From the human T2T-CHM13v2.0 reference genome, Homo sapiens, in assembly GCF_009914755.1 (NCBI RefSeq), contig NC_060930.1: a DNA stretch of 64,000 nucleotides, one strand, 5' to 3'. Shown here piece after piece: positions 61,660-64,000 of this stretch (position 1 is its first letter; each line of letters starts with the position of its first letter). The translations under genes were made by a program, and so were the position numbers. The notes under the pieces were generated by a model, which was not told the DNA's origin, ran no database searches, and saw only the letters and a program-made list of their open reading frames with translations.

Positions 61660-64000
61660 TACTTCTGACCATGATGAAATAGCTTTCACCAGACCAATGT
61701 TCCCAGCAATGACAACAAAGAAACCTGGATAAAAATGAAAAAAAAAAAAAAAAAACTAAATATATAAAAGAACTGATGGAACTCACAGAATTTGATGGGT
61801 CAAAATTCAAGATAAGGGATTTATAGAGCAGTGAGCTGATATTTTACATCTGCTTCTTCTACAAGAATATTTGTTGATTCTTGAGCAAATCTGTTGCTAA
61901 GGCCGATGCCAAAGCCATAGAACCAGAAGAATTATTGGGCATCTTACATGACTGAATGGGCAGTATTGAAGTAAGAGCTGCCAACAAAGCCAGGACCTGG
62001 AGATAAACTAAGATCTCAAGAAGATAGAGGAAAGGAGAAGTTAGCCTGGGCCCTGTACTTTGCAGGTTTTTTCACTTGAGCTCAGAAAGGCTGAAGGTAA
62101 ATGATAGTACAAGTACAAATATAACAGAAGTTATATTAATATCAAACACATTATCCTTGAACGAAGAAGTGATGTAGAAGAACAATTCACTGGTTAATCC
62201 ACCAGGTAGATTAAACAATTCTAAATTTATATATAAGAACATAGCTTCCAAATGGTTAGATAGACAAATTCATAATCACATTGCAAAACATTATTACACA
62301 CCTCTCAATGAGTGAAGAAACACACATATAAGATTAAAAATCATGATATTTATATTAAATAAGTTTTTTTGAGATAGAATCTCACTCTGTCACGCAGGCT
62401 GGAATGCAGTGGCACCATCTAGGCTCACCACAACCTCCACCTCCCGGGTTCAAGCAATTCTCTACCTCATCCTTCCAAGTAGCTGGATTACAGGTGCCTG
62501 CCAGCATGCCCAGCTAATTTTTGTATTTTTAGTAGAGATGGGGTTTCACCATCTTGGCCATGCTGGTCTTCAACTCTTGACATCATGATCCACCTGCCTC
62601 GGCCTCCCAAAGTCCTGGGATTGCAGGCGTAAGCCACCATGCCTGGCCTTAAATAATTTTTTTAAAAAGCATAGACCTATAGCAATGTTGATCAAAAAAA
62701 TAATAAAAACACAAGTTACAAATAACTGACATGAAAAAGAAAACACCATTAAAGATCCAACAGACACAAAAAGATTATAGAAGTTCTGAACATGTTTATG
62801 TAAAATTATAAAATTTAATTGATCAGATATCTAGAAAAACACAATTTTATATAATTAACAGAAGAGATACATAAAATCTGAAGTGACATTATGTGTTAAA
62901 GAAATTGTATCTTTCAGCCCTCTCAGAATGTAATCTAAAAAAACACTTATTTTTGCTGGAGAATGCTTCCATATTTAAAGATGAAGTGACGGTAATCTTA
63001 AATAAACTTCTGAGCTTAATTAGAACAGAAGAAAGGATTTCCCAAGTCAGTAGTTGAAACTGAATACGTTTGTTGGTCAAATGTCATAAAATATATTATT
63101 AAAAACGAGGAAGGCACAGACCAATCTTCTTATAAATGCAAAAATCCTAAACAAATAGCAAATCAAACCCAGCCACTTATAAAAATGAAAATACCAAGTC
63201 GCATGTATTCCAGGAATATAAATTTTATTTAAAATATTCTAATTTAATCAATATAACCTCCCATTCAAAAGTAAACTTTAAAAGTCCCATTCTCCTCTTA
63301 ATAGCTGCACTTAAAAAGGATTTTGTAAAATTCAACACAAATTCAGTTTAAAACTCTTAGTAATCAGATAATAGAAGGTACTTTAAAAATACTGCAATCA
63401 GACATGACTACAGAAAACATATTTCAAACATCATACATAATAATAAACACTTTAAGCATTTTCCTTGAGGTGAAAAATGCAAGAGGATACTTTCTATGAC
63501 CATTGCCCAGTAACAATGTACTGAAAGTTCTTTTCAGTACAATAGGGCAATTAAAATAAATGAGATATATGAGTTATAAAGGAAGAAGTAATACCAATTT
63601 TCACACAGATATGGTTGTAAATATAGAAATTCCTAGGGGTTAACAAATATTAGAATAAATAAGTGAATTTAGCAGGTTGTTGGATAATTTACATGTTATT
63701 GATATAGCGTAAATGAATACAAGGCAAATAAAATTTAAAAATGAATCAATTTATAAAGGTCTTATCAATTATTTAATACCTAGCAATAAATTTAATGAAG
63801 ATGAATCAATATCTGGATATCTACACTAAAACTGCAAAATATTATTGAGCTAAATTACATAACCTAAAGCAAAGAAGGAGTAAAATGTCCATGGGATTGA
63901 AGATTTAATGGTATTAAAATTTCACTCTTCTTAAATCATTGTAAGCCCAACCAAAATTCAATCATATGCAAAGAAATTGATATTAATCCCTACTCTCAAC
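61660..64000 (+). mobile_element. Ancient L1ME-like element (5' end plus degenerate ORF2), runs off the window
   Basis: acttctgaccatgatg...acaacaaagaaacctggataaaa 5' end and A-rich ORF2-like text (gcaaaaatcctaaacaaatagcaaatcaaacccag; aatgtactgaaagttc). Confidence 0.65.
62364..62648 (-). mobile_element. AluS-like SINE with short tail
   Basis: Antisense Alu dimer with ttaaataa(g/t)tttt on both flanks. Confidence 0.93.

Overview
AT-rich primate genomic DNA, most likely human because it contains an AluYa5-like insertion. It is largely intergenic or intronic and mostly made of transposable elements. I recognise no intact host protein-coding gene; nearly all ORF-track entries are translations of repeats. 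Three LTR-to-LTR endogenous retroviral elements dominate. (1) A THE1 MaLR provirus at 14884-17148 (-). (2) A 7.86-kb HERV-H provirus at 38778-46635 (+) with LTR7-type LTRs, PBS-His and a CTGGC TSD. It keeps a full-length but disrupted env, carries only some of the usual pol deletions, has a mutated TATA box in the 5' LTR only, and is nested inside an older ERV1 LTR that sits inside an L1. (3) A 7.6-kb PBS-Pro ERV1 provirus at 52202-59847 (-) with a GTAC TSD and a tRNA-Glu-like segment. There are also 9 Alus, old L1/L2/MIR/MLT fragments, MER1A, Tigger2a and simple repeats. The most unusual unexplained items are a 92-bp orphan THE1-internal fragment fused to a (TA)n tract, two candidate spliced exons in unique DNA (1872-1913 +, 49194-49307 -), and a 19-bp exact repeat linking 25268 and 49196. 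I found no convincing new multi-gene system; the best leads are ERV-derived. Subfamily names come from my recollection of consensus sequences and need RepeatMasker/Dfam confirmation.
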